From Aulosira sp. ZfuVER01 (lineage in GTDB: Bacteria > Cyanobacteriota > Cyanobacteriia > Cyanobacteriales > Nostocaceae), in contig JAVRCV020000080.1 in assembly GCA_034530615.2 (NCBI GenBank), forward strand, positions 28,380 to 92,379: a stretch of 64,000 nucleotides of DNA, written 5' to 3'. This document shows positions 20,458-31,545 of this stretch, in pieces (position 1 is the stretch's first letter; each line of letters begins with the position of its first letter). Under the pieces are notes generated by a model that did not search any database, was not told the DNA's origin, and worked only from the letters and a program-made list of their open reading frames with translations. A program made the position numbers and the translations under genes.

Positions 20458-20683
20458 CTACTCATCTCAAAGATGTAGTGCTAAAGCTACTATCCCAGTT
20501 CGGGTTCCCGCCCTGGAAGCGTCTGCGCTAACGCTTTCACCATTTGTCACAATAAGAGGGCAGTGACAATCACTTCCAGGAAAATATTGGCAACAAAACT
20601 AGCCTCTTTGATCAGCCGTTAATAGCAACGGTTGCTAGATGTGGTGAAATAATGCCGTAAATAGTATCTGGGATGAGTGGACA
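20458..20683 (+). promoter_or_regulatory. Structured grpE 5' leader sequestering the ribosome-binding region
   Basis: CTACT-ATCCCAG 20487-98 pairs with CTGGGAT-GAGTGG 20668-80; inner stems CCTGGAAG/CTTCCAGG, TTGTCAC/GTGACAA, CTAGC/GCTAG. Confidence 0.5.
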
Positions 20684-21427
20684 ATGATAGACGAAAATAA
20701 ACAGGTAAACAATACAAGCCAGCAATTGGGTGAACCAATAGAGGTAAAGCAAGCAATGAAGAGCGACTCCCCAGCCCAAATCAACTCTAACGAATCTGAC
20801 AGCGAGGTGAGCGAGCCAGTGACAGCACAAAACAATGTATCAGAAGATACTACAATTACACCAGAAAATGGCGTCGCAGCGGCTGAGAGAACTGAACAGG
20901 GAACGGCAGCTTTAGCAGAATTGACTCAACAAATCGAGTCTCTCAAAGGGCAACTAGAAGAGCGCAGCACTCAATATCTGCGAATTGCGGCAGATTTTGA
21001 GAATTACCGCAAACGCAACCAAAAAGAAAAAGAAGATTTAGAGGCGCAGGTAAAGCGCAACACAATTACGGAATTGTTGCCAGTAGTCGATAATTTTGAG
21101 CGGGCGAGATCGCACCTCAAACCGCAAACCGACAGCGAAATGACAATTCACAAAAGCTACCAAGGGGTTTACAAGCAATTAGTGGATAGCTTGAAACGCT
21201 TAGGTGTATCACCCATGCGTCCTGAAGGGCAAGAATTCGATCCTAACGTGCATGAAGCTGTAATGCGGGAACCTACGGATGAACATCCTGAAGGAACAGT
21301 GTTAGAAGAGTTAGTACGTGGATATTACTTGGGCGATCGCGTACTACGCCATGCAATGGTGAAGGTGGCTGCTCCTAAAGAGGATACCCCGGCACAAGAT
21401 AATCAATCGAGTCCAGCCAACTCTTAA
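20684..21427 (+). CDS. grpE: Nucleotide exchange factor GrpE
   Basis: [29 protein letters not shown]. Confidence 0.96.
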   Translation: MIDENKQVNNTSQQLGEPIEVKQAMKSDSPAQINSNESDSEVSEPVTAQNNVSEDTTITPENGVAAAERTEQGTAALAELTQQIESLKGQLEERSTQYLRIAADFENYRKRNQKEKEDLEAQVKRNTITELLPVVDNFERARSHLKPQTDSEMTIHKSYQGVYKQLVDSLKRLGVSPMRPEGQEFDPNVHEAVMREPTDEHPEGTVLEELVRGYYLGDRVLRHAMVKVAAPKEDTPAQDNQSSPANS

Positions 21428-21704
21428 GTTGTAGTTGCTCGCCTCAGCGATCAAAAGTGCCTTGGTTTTTGTAAGGGCGAGCATCGCTTACCTCAACTGT
21501 CATTAAAAAAAAGTAACTGAGGAATGAGGTGGATGAAGTAGATAAAACAGATAAGGAAGAACTGGCTTCCTTATCTTCCGCTGCTTCCTCGTTTCCCCCA
21601 TTTCTCAAAAACATTTCCGTGAGTATTGGTGTGTAGCAAAAAAATCAAATAAGATAGTCCGCAAAGCCTCACGGTTAAATAAATCCGTAAAATTACTGAA
21701 CAGT

Positions 21705-23663
21705 ATGGGAAAAGTTATTGGAATCGACTTAGGCACGACTAATAGTTGCGTTGCAGTTTTGGAAGGTGGTCAACCAGTTGTGATCGCTAATTCTGAAGGG
21801 GGACGCACAACTCCAAGTATTGTGGGATTTGGAAAAGGGGGCGATCGCCTGGTTGGTCAGCTAGCCAAGCGGCAAGCCGTTACGAATGCTGAAAACACAG
21901 TTTTCAGTATCAAAAGGTTCATTGGTCGTCGTTGGGAAGAAACAGCAACAGAACGCGATCGCTCACCCTATAGCTGTGTCAAAGGTCGAGACGATACTGT
22001 TGATGTCCAAATTCGCGGACGTAACTATACACCACAAGAAATATCTTCGATGATCTTGCAAAAGCTCAAGCAGGATGCAGAAAATTTCTTGGGTGAAGCT
22101 GTGACTAAGGCAGTAATTACCGTACCAGCTTATTTTACAGACGCCCAAAGACAAGCGACGAAAGACGCTGGTACAATTGCTGGGCTAGAAGTGTTACGGA
22201 TCATTAATGAACCAACTGCGGCAGCTTTAGCTTTTGGTTTAGATAAGCAAGACCAAGAGCAGCTAATCTTAGTCTTTGACTTAGGAGGTGGCACCTTTGA
22301 CGTATCCATCCTCCAACTAGGAGATGGAGTTTTTGAAGTCAAGGCAACCAATGGTAATAATCAACTTGGTGGTGACGACTTTGATGACTGTATCTTGCGC
22401 TGGATCATTGAACGCTTCCAGCAACAAGAGAATATAGACCTGTCTCAAGATAAGATGGCACTGCAACGCCTGCGGGAAGCAGCAGAAAAGGCAAAAATCG
22501 AACTTTCTAGTATGCTAAGTACCTCGATTAACTTGCCTTTTATCACCGCCGATGACACAGGCCCAAAACATTTAGAGTTAGAACTTAGCCGCTCGAAATT
22601 TGAAGAACTTACAGGGCATTTAATTGCAGGTACCATTGAACCGATGATTCAAGCCCTCAAAGATGCCGATCGCAAAGCACAAGACATCGATCGAATAATT
22701 TTGGTAGGCGGTTCCACTCGCATTCCCTCAGTCCAAAACGCCCTGATCAAATTTTTTAATGGCAAAACTCCCGATCGCTCTATTAACCCTGATGAAGCAG
22801 TGGCGCTAGGTGCTGCTATCCAAGCTGGGGTTATGGGTGGGGAAGTTGATAATCTTTTGTTATTGGATGTCATTCCTCTGTCTTTGGGAATTGAAACCTT
22901 GGGAGAAGTTTTTACCAAAATCATCGAACGCAACACCACAATTCCTACCAGTAGATCCCAAATTTTTTCCACAGCAGTTGATGGGCAAACCTCAGTAGAA
23001 ATTCACGTCCTGCAAGGTGAACGAGCAATGGCGCGAGATAACAAAAGTCTCGGCAAGTTCCTGTTAGCAGGAATTCCTCCAGCTCCGCGTGGCGTACCGC
23101 AAATTGAAGTATCTTTTGAAATCGATGTTAATGGCATCCTCAAGGTTGGTGCCCAAGATAAAGGTACAGGTAGAGAGCAGAGTATTAGAATTACTAATAC
23201 AGGTGGCTTAAGTACCCAAGAAGTTGAAAAGATGCGGCAAGCTGCTGAAGTGTTTGCAGAAGAAGATAAAAGGCGTAAAGAACTGGTGGAACTGAAAAAC
23301 CAGGCCGATAATCTATTTCTGAGTTACGAATCGACTTTAAAGGATAACAGCGACTTAATTGCTGACGACATGAAAGTTTTGGCAAATGAGAAAGCCAAAC
23401 AACTCCAAGCAGCTATGATTAACTCCAATATTTCCCTACAAGAATTTCAGCAGAACTTGGACGACTTTCAAAAAACTCTATTTGCCATCGGTGCTAACGT
23501 ATACAACCGTGGTAACAGCCAACCAGATGAAGAATCTGAGGTTTCACAGGAGCAGTTTGCTTCCCAACAAGAGCCACCAATGGGCGGAACACTGATACCT
23601 CAATTTAACTTTGATTTTGATGAAGAAAGCACTGCACAGGCCGATTACGAGGCGATAGATTAG
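21705..23663 (+). CDS. dnaK: Molecular chaperone DnaK
   Basis: [26 protein letters not shown]. Confidence 0.97.
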   Translation: MGKVIGIDLGTTNSCVAVLEGGQPVVIANSEGGRTTPSIVGFGKGGDRLVGQLAKRQAVTNAENTVFSIKRFIGRRWEETATERDRSPYSCVKGRDDTVDVQIRGRNYTPQEISSMILQKLKQDAENFLGEAVTKAVITVPAYFTDAQRQATKDAGTIAGLEVLRIINEPTAAALAFGLDKQDQEQLILVFDLGGGTFDVSILQLGDGVFEVKATNGNNQLGGDDFDDCILRWIIERFQQQENIDLSQDKMALQRLREAAEKAKIELSSMLSTSINLPFITADDTGPKHLELELSRSKFEELTGHLIAGTIEPMIQALKDADRKAQDIDRIILVGGSTRIPSVQNALIKFFNGKTPDRSINPDEAVALGAAIQAGVMGGEVDNLLLLDVIPLSLGIETLGEVFTKIIERNTTIPTSRSQIFSTAVDGQTSVEIHVLQGERAMARDNKSLGKFLLAGIPPAPRGVPQIEVSFEIDVNGILKVGAQDKGTGREQSIRITNTGGLSTQEVEKMRQAAEVFAEEDKRRKELVELKNQADNLFLSYESTLKDNSDLIADDMKVLANEKAKQLQAAMINSNISLQEFQQNLDDFQKTLFAIGANVYNRGNSQPDEESEVSQEQFASQQEPPMGGTLIPQFNFDFDEESTAQADYEAID

Positions 23664-23830
23664 GAATGGCGCATGGGGCATTGGGCATTGATTACTAAAT
23701 TATTCTCCTTGTCTCCGGTTCTCGGCGTCCCTTTGTCTCCCTTCCCTAATCTCCCCTAAAAACCTCAAGTTTGCTAGATTGTAGAAGCGAATTGCCGAGA
23801 GCTAGATGTGTCCCAGCACAAATACCAAAC

Positions 23831-24160
23831 GCCTGAAGGGGGGTTTTCCACACCTAATAGTACGGCTAGCCCCTCTAGTGGATGGGCGGGGTTTTGCCTG
23901 CCTACGTAGCACAATTGTAAAAGAGACAGCTTCAGGCAGTGAGAAATCAGAGCAGAGCGTTTACTTTGCTTGCTATTTTCGTAGCTTTTGTCGTCTCTTA
24001 CGAGGAAAGCACCTGTTGCTTAATACTTGCTGGTGATTTTTGTAAAGGGGAAAAGGTAAAATCAATTATTAACAAAATTTAACTGATACCTTTCGCCCTC
24101 TACTTTCTGCCACGCCACATGCTACCCAGCTTTATATTCCTTTGGAGTACCAGCTGGGAA
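23831..24160 (+). promoter_or_regulatory. Structured dnaK-dnaJ intergenic region / dnaJ leader
   Basis: GCCTGAAG/CTTCAGGC, GGGCGGG/CCTGCCT, AAGAGAC/GTCTCTT, AGCAGAG/CTTTGCT, CCCAGCT/AGCTGGG. Confidence 0.4.
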
Positions 24161-24219
24161 ATCCTTAAAAGGCACAGTGGCTCTTCTGCTTTCTTCCTTC
24201 TAACTTTTACCTTTGCTAT

Positions 24220-25347
24220 ATGGCCCGCGACTATTATGAAATTCTGGGTGTCTCTCGTGACGCCGACAAAGAAGAAATCAAACAAGCTTACCGCCGCCTA
24301 GCCCGGAAGTATCACCCAGATGTGAACAAAGAACCGGGAGCAGAGGAGCGGTTTAAGGAAATTAACCGTGCTTATGAAGTGCTTTCTGAGCCAGAAATCA
24401 GAGAGCGTTATAACCGTTTTGGTGAACAAGGGGTCTCTGGTGCGGCAGCTGCTGGTTTCCAAGATATGGGTGATATGGGCGGCTTTGCCGATATCTTTGA
24501 AAGCATTTTCAGTGGTTTTGCTGGTGGAATGGGTGGCCCAACCCAAAGACGACGCAGCGGGCCTGTGCGTGGTGATGACCTGCGATTAGACCTGAAGTTA
24601 GATTTTCGGGAAGCGGTATTTGGTGGTGAAAAAGAAATTCGCATTTCTCATTTAGAAACCTGTGATATCTGTAGTGGTTCGGGAGCAAAACCAGGAACTC
24701 GCCCGCGCACTTGTTCAACTTGTAGCGGTTCAGGTCAAGTACGTCGTGTCACGAGAACGCCCTTTGGCAGTTTTACCCAAGTTTCTACTTGTCCTACCTG
24801 TAATGGTACGGGAACGGTAATTGAAGACAAATGTGATGCTTGCGACGGTAAAGGCACAAATCAAATCACGAAGAAACTCAAAATTACCATTCCTGCTGGT
24901 GTGGATAATGGTACGCGCTTGCGAATTTCTCAAGAAGGAGATGCGGGACAAAGAGGAGGACCTCCGGGAGATTTATACGTCTACTTGTTCGTGAATGAAG
25001 ACGAGGAATTTCACCGGGATGGCATTAACATTCTTTCAGAAATTAAAGTTAGTTACCTGCAAGCAATTTTAGGCTGCCGTTTAGAGGTAGATACGGTTGA
25101 TGGTCCAGTAGAATTAATCATTCCGCCGGGAACTCAGCCAAATACAGTGATGAAGCTAGAAAATCGTGGTGTACCACGCTTGGGAAATCCTGTCAGTCGG
25201 GGCGATCATATGCTGACAATACTGATTGATATCCCTACCAAGGTAACTCCAGAGGAGAGAGAATTGTTAGAGAAGCTGGCTAAAATTAAGGGAGATCGCA
25301 CTGGTAAAGGCGGTTTGGAAGGATTCTTGGGTAATCTGTTTAAGTAA
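24220..25347 (+). CDS. dnaJ: Molecular chaperone DnaJ (type I)
   Basis: J-domain HPD, G/F region, four CxxCxGxG repeats. Confidence 0.97.
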   Translation: MARDYYEILGVSRDADKEEIKQAYRRLARKYHPDVNKEPGAEERFKEINRAYEVLSEPEIRERYNRFGEQGVSGAAAAGFQDMGDMGGFADIFESIFSGFAGGMGGPTQRRRSGPVRGDDLRLDLKLDFREAVFGGEKEIRISHLETCDICSGSGAKPGTRPRTCSTCSGSGQVRRVTRTPFGSFTQVSTCPTCNGTGTVIEDKCDACDGKGTNQITKKLKITIPAGVDNGTRLRISQEGDAGQRGGPPGDLYVYLFVNEDEEFHRDGINILSEIKVSYLQAILGCRLEVDTVDGPVELIIPPGTQPNTVMKLENRGVPRLGNPVSRGDHMLTILIDIPTKVTPEERELLEKLAKIKGDRTGKGGLEGFLGNLFK

Positions 25348-25604
25348 TGAGTGTATCTTCTCTATCATCTCCTGATGCTCAACTTGACTTGCGCGGCACT
25401 CCTTGCCCGATTAATTTTGTCCGGACAAAACTACGTCTGGAAAAAATGCCACCGGGAGGTTTGCTAGAAGTTTGGCTAGACCCTGGAGAGCCAATTGAGC
25501 AGGTTCCTGATAGTTTGGCAATGGCTGGCTATCAGGTAGAACAAATTGCAGATTGCACTGGTTATTTTTCTTTGTTAGTCCGCCGTCCTGCGATCGCCCA
25601 ATGA
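25347..25604 (+). CDS. TusA/SirA-family sulfur carrier protein
   Basis: LDLRGTPCPINFVRTK motif. Confidence 0.88.
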   Translation: MSVSSLSSPDAQLDLRGTPCPINFVRTKLRLEKMPPGGLLEVWLDPGEPIEQVPDSLAMAGYQVEQIADCTGYFSLLVRRPAIAQ

Positions 25605-26689
25605 CAGGAGTAACTAATTTCACCACTGGACAGTTACTCGGTACAGTGCTAGCTGTACAAGCGAATTTTTACCAAGTCCAGTTGGATCAAGAGTTTGGGG
25701 AGATGAGGGAGGAAGATCCTCCTCATCTCCCGATGCTTCTGTGTACCCGGAGAACACGCTTAAAAAAAATAGGACAACAGGTGATGGTGGGCGATCGCGT
25801 GGTCATCGAAGAACCAGATTGGTCTGGGGGACGAGGCGCGATCGCTGATGTTTTACCTCGTCAAACTCAGTTAGACCGTCCGCCAATTGCTAATGTCAAC
25901 CAGATTATGCTGGTATTTGCTGTGGCAGATCCACCTCTGGAACCTTATCAGTTAAGTCGCTTTTTGATCAAAGCTGAATCTACTGGCTTAGATGTGGTTT
26001 TATGCCTGAATAAAAGTGATTTAGTTTCACCACAGGTACAGCAAGAAATTAGCGATCGCCTTGTCGCATGGGGTTATCAACCAATATTTATTAGCGTCAA
26101 AAATTGTATAAATATTGACCAATTATCTAAATACCTGAATAATAAAACTACTGTAATAGCTGGCCCTTCTGGTGTTGGTAAATCTAGTTTAATAAATACA
26201 CTGGTTCCTAATGTAAATTTGCGCGTCGGTGAAGTTTCCGGTAAATTAGCTCGTGGTCGCCACACTACCCGCCACGTAGAATTATTTGAACTACCTAGCA
26301 AAGGTTTACTAGCAGATACTCCAGGCTTTAATCAACCAGACCTCGATTGTACTCCCGAAGAATTAGTATATTATTTCCCTGAAGTAAGAGCGCAGTTAGC
26401 AGTTGCTAGCTGTCGGTTTAGCGATTGCTTGCATCGTGATGAGCCTGATTGTGTTGTGCGGGGAGATTGGGAACGCTATCCACATTATCTGGAATTTTTA
26501 GACGAAGCGATCGCCTATCAAACTCAGCGTAACCAGCAAGCAGACCCCGAATCTACTCTGAAGCTGAAAACTAAAGGCAAAGGTCAGAGCCAATACGAAC
26601 CAAAGTTAGAAAGTAAAAAATATCGCCGTGTGGCTCGCAAGACGCAACTGCAAGCTTTACAGGATTTGTATCAAGATAGCGAGGAATGA
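25601..26689 (+). CDS. rsgA: Small ribosomal subunit biogenesis GTPase RsgA
   Basis: NKSD, GPSGVGKSS, GRHTT, DTPG, CxFxxCxHxxExxC; ATGA overlap with the upstream gene. Confidence 0.95.
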   Translation: MTGVTNFTTGQLLGTVLAVQANFYQVQLDQEFGEMREEDPPHLPMLLCTRRTRLKKIGQQVMVGDRVVIEEPDWSGGRGAIADVLPRQTQLDRPPIANVNQIMLVFAVADPPLEPYQLSRFLIKAESTGLDVVLCLNKSDLVSPQVQQEISDRLVAWGYQPIFISVKNCINIDQLSKYLNNKTTVIAGPSGVGKSSLINTLVPNVNLRVGEVSGKLARGRHTTRHVELFELPSKGLLADTPGFNQPDLDCTPEELVYYFPEVRAQLAVASCRFSDCLHRDEPDCVVRGDWERYPHYLEFLDEAIAYQTQRNQQADPESTLKLKTKGKGQSQYEPKLESKKYRRVARKTQLQALQDLYQDSEE

Positions 26690-27123
26690 GGTAACACCAA
26701 AGCTGATAACGCTAACATAGATACGAAACAGTTGCAGTTGTAGCAAGTAAACCAACAAATCAAAAAATAACACCAACGACCTGAAAGGTGGCTATCAAGC
26801 TTGTCAGATGCAGGTATTAGCCCTGAAAAATTTGTTGAAAAATCAAATTTTGTCGGTTTCAGAGCTCACGAAGTGTTGGAAAATATTGCCATGAATCAAA
26901 TAATCTCTAAATCAAAACTTTAACAGTGCGATCGCTTGTCAAATGCATCTGTAAAAAAATTGAATCTAGAGTCTCCATAATCAGATCGGAATTCCTGCTA
27001 AGGAAGGAGATTGATAGGAAAAAATCATTAAATAATGTCACGATCCCAATAAAGTCTTAAAATATTGTTAATTTCTGCCAAACCTCTCGACCTTCAACTT
27101 ACACGTACCACCCCTAAATAACT

Positions 27124-28713
27124 ATGGCTATAGGCTACGTCGCGCTAGTACTCCACGCACATCTGCCCTTCGTTCGTCACCCAGAAAGTGATTATGTGTT
27201 GGAGGAAGAATGGCTATATGAAGCCATTACTGAAACTTATATTCCTTTATTGAAAGTATTTGAAGGATTAAAGCGAGACGGCATCGACTTTAAAATCACG
27301 ATGAGCATGACACCACCTTTGGTATCAATGCTCCGCGATCCGCTATTGCAAGAACGCTATGATGCACACTTAGCCCAACTAGAAGAACTGATCGAACTAG
27401 AAGCTGAACGTAATGTTCATAACGGGCATATTAAGTATTTAGCCGAACATTACGCCAAGGAGTTTAACGAAGCGCGTCAGATATGGGAACACTACAAAGG
27501 TGATTTGGTAACAGCGTTTAAGCAGTACCAAGATAGTAATAACCTGGAAATCATTACTTGTGGTGCTACTCATGGCTACCTACCATTGATGAAAATGTAT
27601 CCACAAGCCGTGTGGGCACAAATTCAGGTAGCTTGCGAACACTACGAAGAAACTTTTGGACAAGCACCTAGAGGTATTTGGTTGCCGGAATGCGCCTACT
27701 ATGAGGGTGTAGAGCGAATGCTGGCAGATGCAGGGTTACGCTACTTCCTCACTGATGGACATGGCATTCTTTACGCCCGTCCCCGTCCGCGGTTTGGCAC
27801 CTATGCCCCCATTTTTACCGAAACTGGTGTTGCTGCCTTTGGACGCGATCATGAGTCTTCTCAACAGGTATGGTCGTCTGAAGTGGGCTATCCTGGTGCA
27901 GCAGAATACCGCGAATTTTATAAAGATTTGGGCTGGGAAGCTGAGTATGAGTACATCAAGCCTTACATCATGCCCAATGGACAGCGTAAAAATACAGGGA
28001 TTAAGTATCATAAAATTACTGGACGTGGCTTAGGACTTTCTGACAAAGCACTGTATGACCCTTATTGGGCAAGGGAAAAAGCAGCAGAACACGCTGCCAA
28101 CTTCATGTATAATCGAGAACGGCAAGCTGAACATCTATATGGAATAATGCAGCGCCCACCGATTATTGTGTCACCCTACGATGCAGAGTTATTTGGACAT
28201 TGGTGGTACGAAGGACCTTGGTTTATTGACTATTTGTTCCGTAAATCATGGTATGACCAAGGAACCTATGCCATGACTCACTTAGCAGATTATTTACGGG
28301 CAGAACCGACTCAGCAAGTGTGTCGTCCTTCGCAATCGAGTTGGGGTTTCAAGGGATTCCATGAGTATTGGTTAAACGATACCAATGCCTGGATTTACCC
28401 GCATTTGCATAAAGCCGCCGAACGCATGATTGAAATCTCCAACTTGGAACCAGAGGACGAATTGCAATGGAAAGCCTTAAACCAAGCAGCGCGGGAGTTA
28501 CTATTGGCACAATCTTCCGACTGGGCATTTATTATGCGTACAGGAACAATGGTGCCCTATGCTGTAAGAAGGACGCGATCGCACTTGATGCGGTTTAATA
28601 AGCTCTACGAAGATGTAAAAATTGGCAAAGTTGATAGCGGTTGGCTAGAAAAAGTTGAGTTAATGGACAATATTTTCCCAAATATTAACTATCGTGTTTA
28701 TCGTCCGTTGTAA
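27124..28713 (+). CDS. Glycoside hydrolase family 57 (branching-enzyme type, DUF1957)
   Basis: HAHLP, WLPECAY, PYDAELFGHWW, AQSSDW. Confidence 0.92.
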   Translation: MAIGYVALVLHAHLPFVRHPESDYVLEEEWLYEAITETYIPLLKVFEGLKRDGIDFKITMSMTPPLVSMLRDPLLQERYDAHLAQLEELIELEAERNVHNGHIKYLAEHYAKEFNEARQIWEHYKGDLVTAFKQYQDSNNLEIITCGATHGYLPLMKMYPQAVWAQIQVACEHYEETFGQAPRGIWLPECAYYEGVERMLADAGLRYFLTDGHGILYARPRPRFGTYAPIFTETGVAAFGRDHESSQQVWSSEVGYPGAAEYREFYKDLGWEAEYEYIKPYIMPNGQRKNTGIKYHKITGRGLGLSDKALYDPYWAREKAAEHAANFMYNRERQAEHLYGIMQRPPIIVSPYDAELFGHWWYEGPWFIDYLFRKSWYDQGTYAMTHLADYLRAEPTQQVCRPSQSSWGFKGFHEYWLNDTNAWIYPHLHKAAERMIEISNLEPEDELQWKALNQAARELLLAQSSDWAFIMRTGTMVPYAVRRTRSHLMRFNKLYEDVKIGKVDSGWLEKVELMDNIFPNINYRVYRPL

Positions 28714-28747
28714 GATTCCGGACACGAACACATAGATGTCAGAACTG

Positions 28748-28770
28748 GTAGGGTGGGTATTGCCCACCCT
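28748..28770. repeat. GTAG-type REP-like hairpin, possibly the GH57 terminator
   Basis: GTAGGGTGGGTATTGCCCACCCT. Confidence 0.55.
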
Positions 28771-28802
28771 TAAACTATATTTGATAATAAATATAATTAG
28801 TA

Positions 28803-28890
28803 ATACCAATTTGAAAAAAGAATGCGACAGATAGATTCTTAGGAAGCGAGATATAGAAAGCTATTCCCAATGCAAAATCTAAAATTGTAT
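28803..28890. repeat. Degenerate Nostocales miniature inverted-repeat element
   Basis: Begins ATACCAATTTGAAAAAAGAATGCGACA and ends in degenerate AAAATTGTAT; related AATACCAA...TTGGTATT at about 52047-52088. Confidence 0.35.
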
Positions 28891-29478
28891 AAAATATAAT
28901 GCTAAGATTTGTAGTTTAAGAATTTTATCAATTGTTGGCAAAATGTTAAAGCTGGTTGCATCTAGGGAAGTTACAATCCTCTTACCCTGGCTATAAATGG
29001 CTATTGAATAAATTTATTTATTCTTGAGAAAGCAAGAAATATTTGATAATTGTAAAAACATATATTAGATAATTACAATAAAATTTAATAATCTGGAAAA
29101 AAGCTCACCACAGAGTTTTGATGTCAAGAGATTTTTAGGTTCTCGTGAGTTGAATGATGAGGTAGGCTGCACACTAAAATTATCTTTCTACGATCATAGG
29201 ATCAATGATTCTGTGGAGTTCTCTTACTTATCAAATCTAAAGCTATCTACTTAAGATATTACTAAAGATATTACTAATTGACTATGATTTTGGTTCTCCT
29301 AGACTAGCTATGTAAAATTAATATTTAATATCAGCTTGAATTATCACATAGCGAGGGATTCAAACAAAACAGGCGTATTTTTATTAAATCTTTTATTTTG
29401 TATTACTAAAAGGTAGCTATATCAATAACTTTAGCCTGTTTTTATTATTAATTTATCATAACTACTCTGGGAGATCCA

Positions 29479-30387
29479 TTATTTTTTATTTGCAATAAAC
29501 TTTTCGTCTTTATCTTGCATTTCTAAAAGTTCAGGAACAGTTACAAAGCTATATCCCTGCTTGCGAAAGTTAGCAATAATTGTTGGTAAAGCTTGTACAG
29601 TTTGGGAACGATTACCACCGCCATCATGCATTAGCACAATACCACCCGGTTTTGCCTCTCTAAACACATTATTTATTAACCTTGGCACACTGGGACGAGA
29701 GTAATCCATAGAGTCAGAAGACCACATGATAATAGCGTACTTGCTATTCTTAGCGTAAGCAGCTACTCCATTATGCATATTTCCCCCAGGTGGTCGAAAT
29801 AAGTTTGTTTTTATACCTGTAAGTTGAAAAATTAAGTTTGTTGTATTCTCAATTTCATAAGCAGCTGTTTGTGGATTCATGAAATGATACCAATGATGCC
29901 AGGTATGATTAGCAATAGTATGGCCTTCAGCTACCACTCGCTTGGTAAGATCTGGATAATTTTTGACGTTCTGCCCAACCACAAAAAATGTCGATTTGAT
30001 ATCATTTTTTTTAAGTATGTCTAGTACTTGTGCAGTACTTTCAGGCCAAGGACCGTCATCAAAAGTAAGAGCAATGACTTTCTTGCCTTGAGTTATTTTT
30101 GCAGCTTCAATAGTTTTTCCTAGAAAACTTGGTGGGATAGCATAAGCGAAACCTTTAGCTTTGGCTTGTTGCTGCCAACTTGAAAGCATCGTCACCTTTA
30201 AGCTTTCAATACGCTCTTGAGTCCCCACTTTAGCAGAGGTAGCGGTTTCACTTATGGTAGTCTGACTCTGAGCCTCAGAGGGATTTGGTTTGACAAGCAT
30301 CATCAAGCCAAGACTGAAGCTACCAACTAAGGCAACTAGTGCAATTAATAGTCCTTGCGGCCAAAAAAACGACTTATTGTGTTCCAC
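29479..30387 (-). CDS. Membrane-anchored polysaccharide deacetylase (CE4/NodB)
   Basis: N-terminal TM helix; LTFDDGP, NHTWHH, FRPPGG, LMHDGGG. Confidence 0.92.
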   Translation of the reverse strand: MEHNKSFFWPQGLLIALVALVGSFSLGLMMLVKPNPSEAQSQTTISETATSAKVGTQERIESLKVTMLSSWQQQAKAKGFAYAIPPSFLGKTIEAAKITQGKKVIALTFDDGPWPESTAQVLDILKKNDIKSTFFVVGQNVKNYPDLTKRVVAEGHTIANHTWHHWYHFMNPQTAAYEIENTTNLIFQLTGIKTNLFRPPGGNMHNGVAAYAKNSKYAIIMWSSDSMDYSRPSVPRLINNVFREAKPGGIVLMHDGGGNRSQTVQALPTIIANFRKQGYSFVTVPELLEMQDKDEKFIANKK

Positions 30388-31545
30388 TTAATAGCTCCTT
30401 CAAGAGTTGAACCATCAGCTAGGTATCTGACGGTTCGTTATAACATATTTTTTTACACACTTAGATACACAGACACGATCTGGTAGTCTTGAAAAATTGA
30501 ATCAAGATTAACAGAAATTTAGCAATCAGTCATATAGATTAAAAAGTCCAACCGAAACCCAGATGATGGGTTCATAAAAACTGCTATCTATACGATATTT
30601 GCTACTGTTTAATGTCAACTATTAAATCTACAAGGTTTGAGCCTTGGATTTGTATCTATCAATAACTAAAACAACTAAAACAAAGAAACAGAACAATCGG
30701 GTGATTGACTGCACCTTTCAAATTTCGTAGTAATAATACTGAATTTACTCAGATTTATTGCCTATCACTTCATTAAATAGGAAATTATTTACTTCTTATG
30801 ACTTGGGCGTTTAAATATCCCATAAGTAAGCTATTTAGCTAGGCAATCAAAGATGTAGCATCTACCCAAAAAGCATTTAACGAATTATTCAGTTTCATAG
30901 GTGACAGAGTATATTGTAATGCTGACAGTGATTTTTTCTTTTTTAAGAAAAAGTTAAATTTTTAACTTTTGATTGTTACCCTTACCTTCCCTTAAGCAAA
31001 GAGACGAGATCCAATTGAATATAGTTTCTCACCGCCTAGTTCGATTTAGTCGTTAACCAAGATACTCTTTACTCATTCACAAAGAAAAAATTTATTTAGA
31101 TTTAGGTTTCTATCTTGTGGCTATAACTTGACATGATACTTAAACTATTGGCTAATTAATATTTACTTCTATAAGCAAACAGCAGTGTTAGCCAACGTTT
31201 ACTATGGACTATACTTAATTAATATAATAATTCTACATATTTTATAATAATAAAACTACTCAAGATTGCCGCAAAATTACTTAGAACAGTAATTTTGTTG
31301 GGTGTAATCATATCATAATTGTGAACAGATTCAAATATAAGTTCTAATGAGTTAAGTGTCACCAGTATTTATTTAGTATTTTTATTTAAAAAAATAGTAC
31401 TTTATTATACTTAATACTTTCAGCCATACCTGCGTAGGCATATTCGATGTTTACCCTTAGGGTTATCCACAAAGGTTATCAACACCTAGGGTAGTCTCCC
31501 TAGACATCGCATCTCCTAAAATGCCCTCGCGTCCGGTATCCGCAT

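Noticed and set aside
23806..24036. 76-aa ORF between dnaK and dnaJ
   Set aside because: Atypical composition with no known motif; the region is better explained as structured RNA
30388..31545. 1.2-kb AT-rich spacer, checked for small ORFs, arrays and RNAs
   Set aside because: Nothing supportable except degenerate small dispersed repeats near 31420-31510
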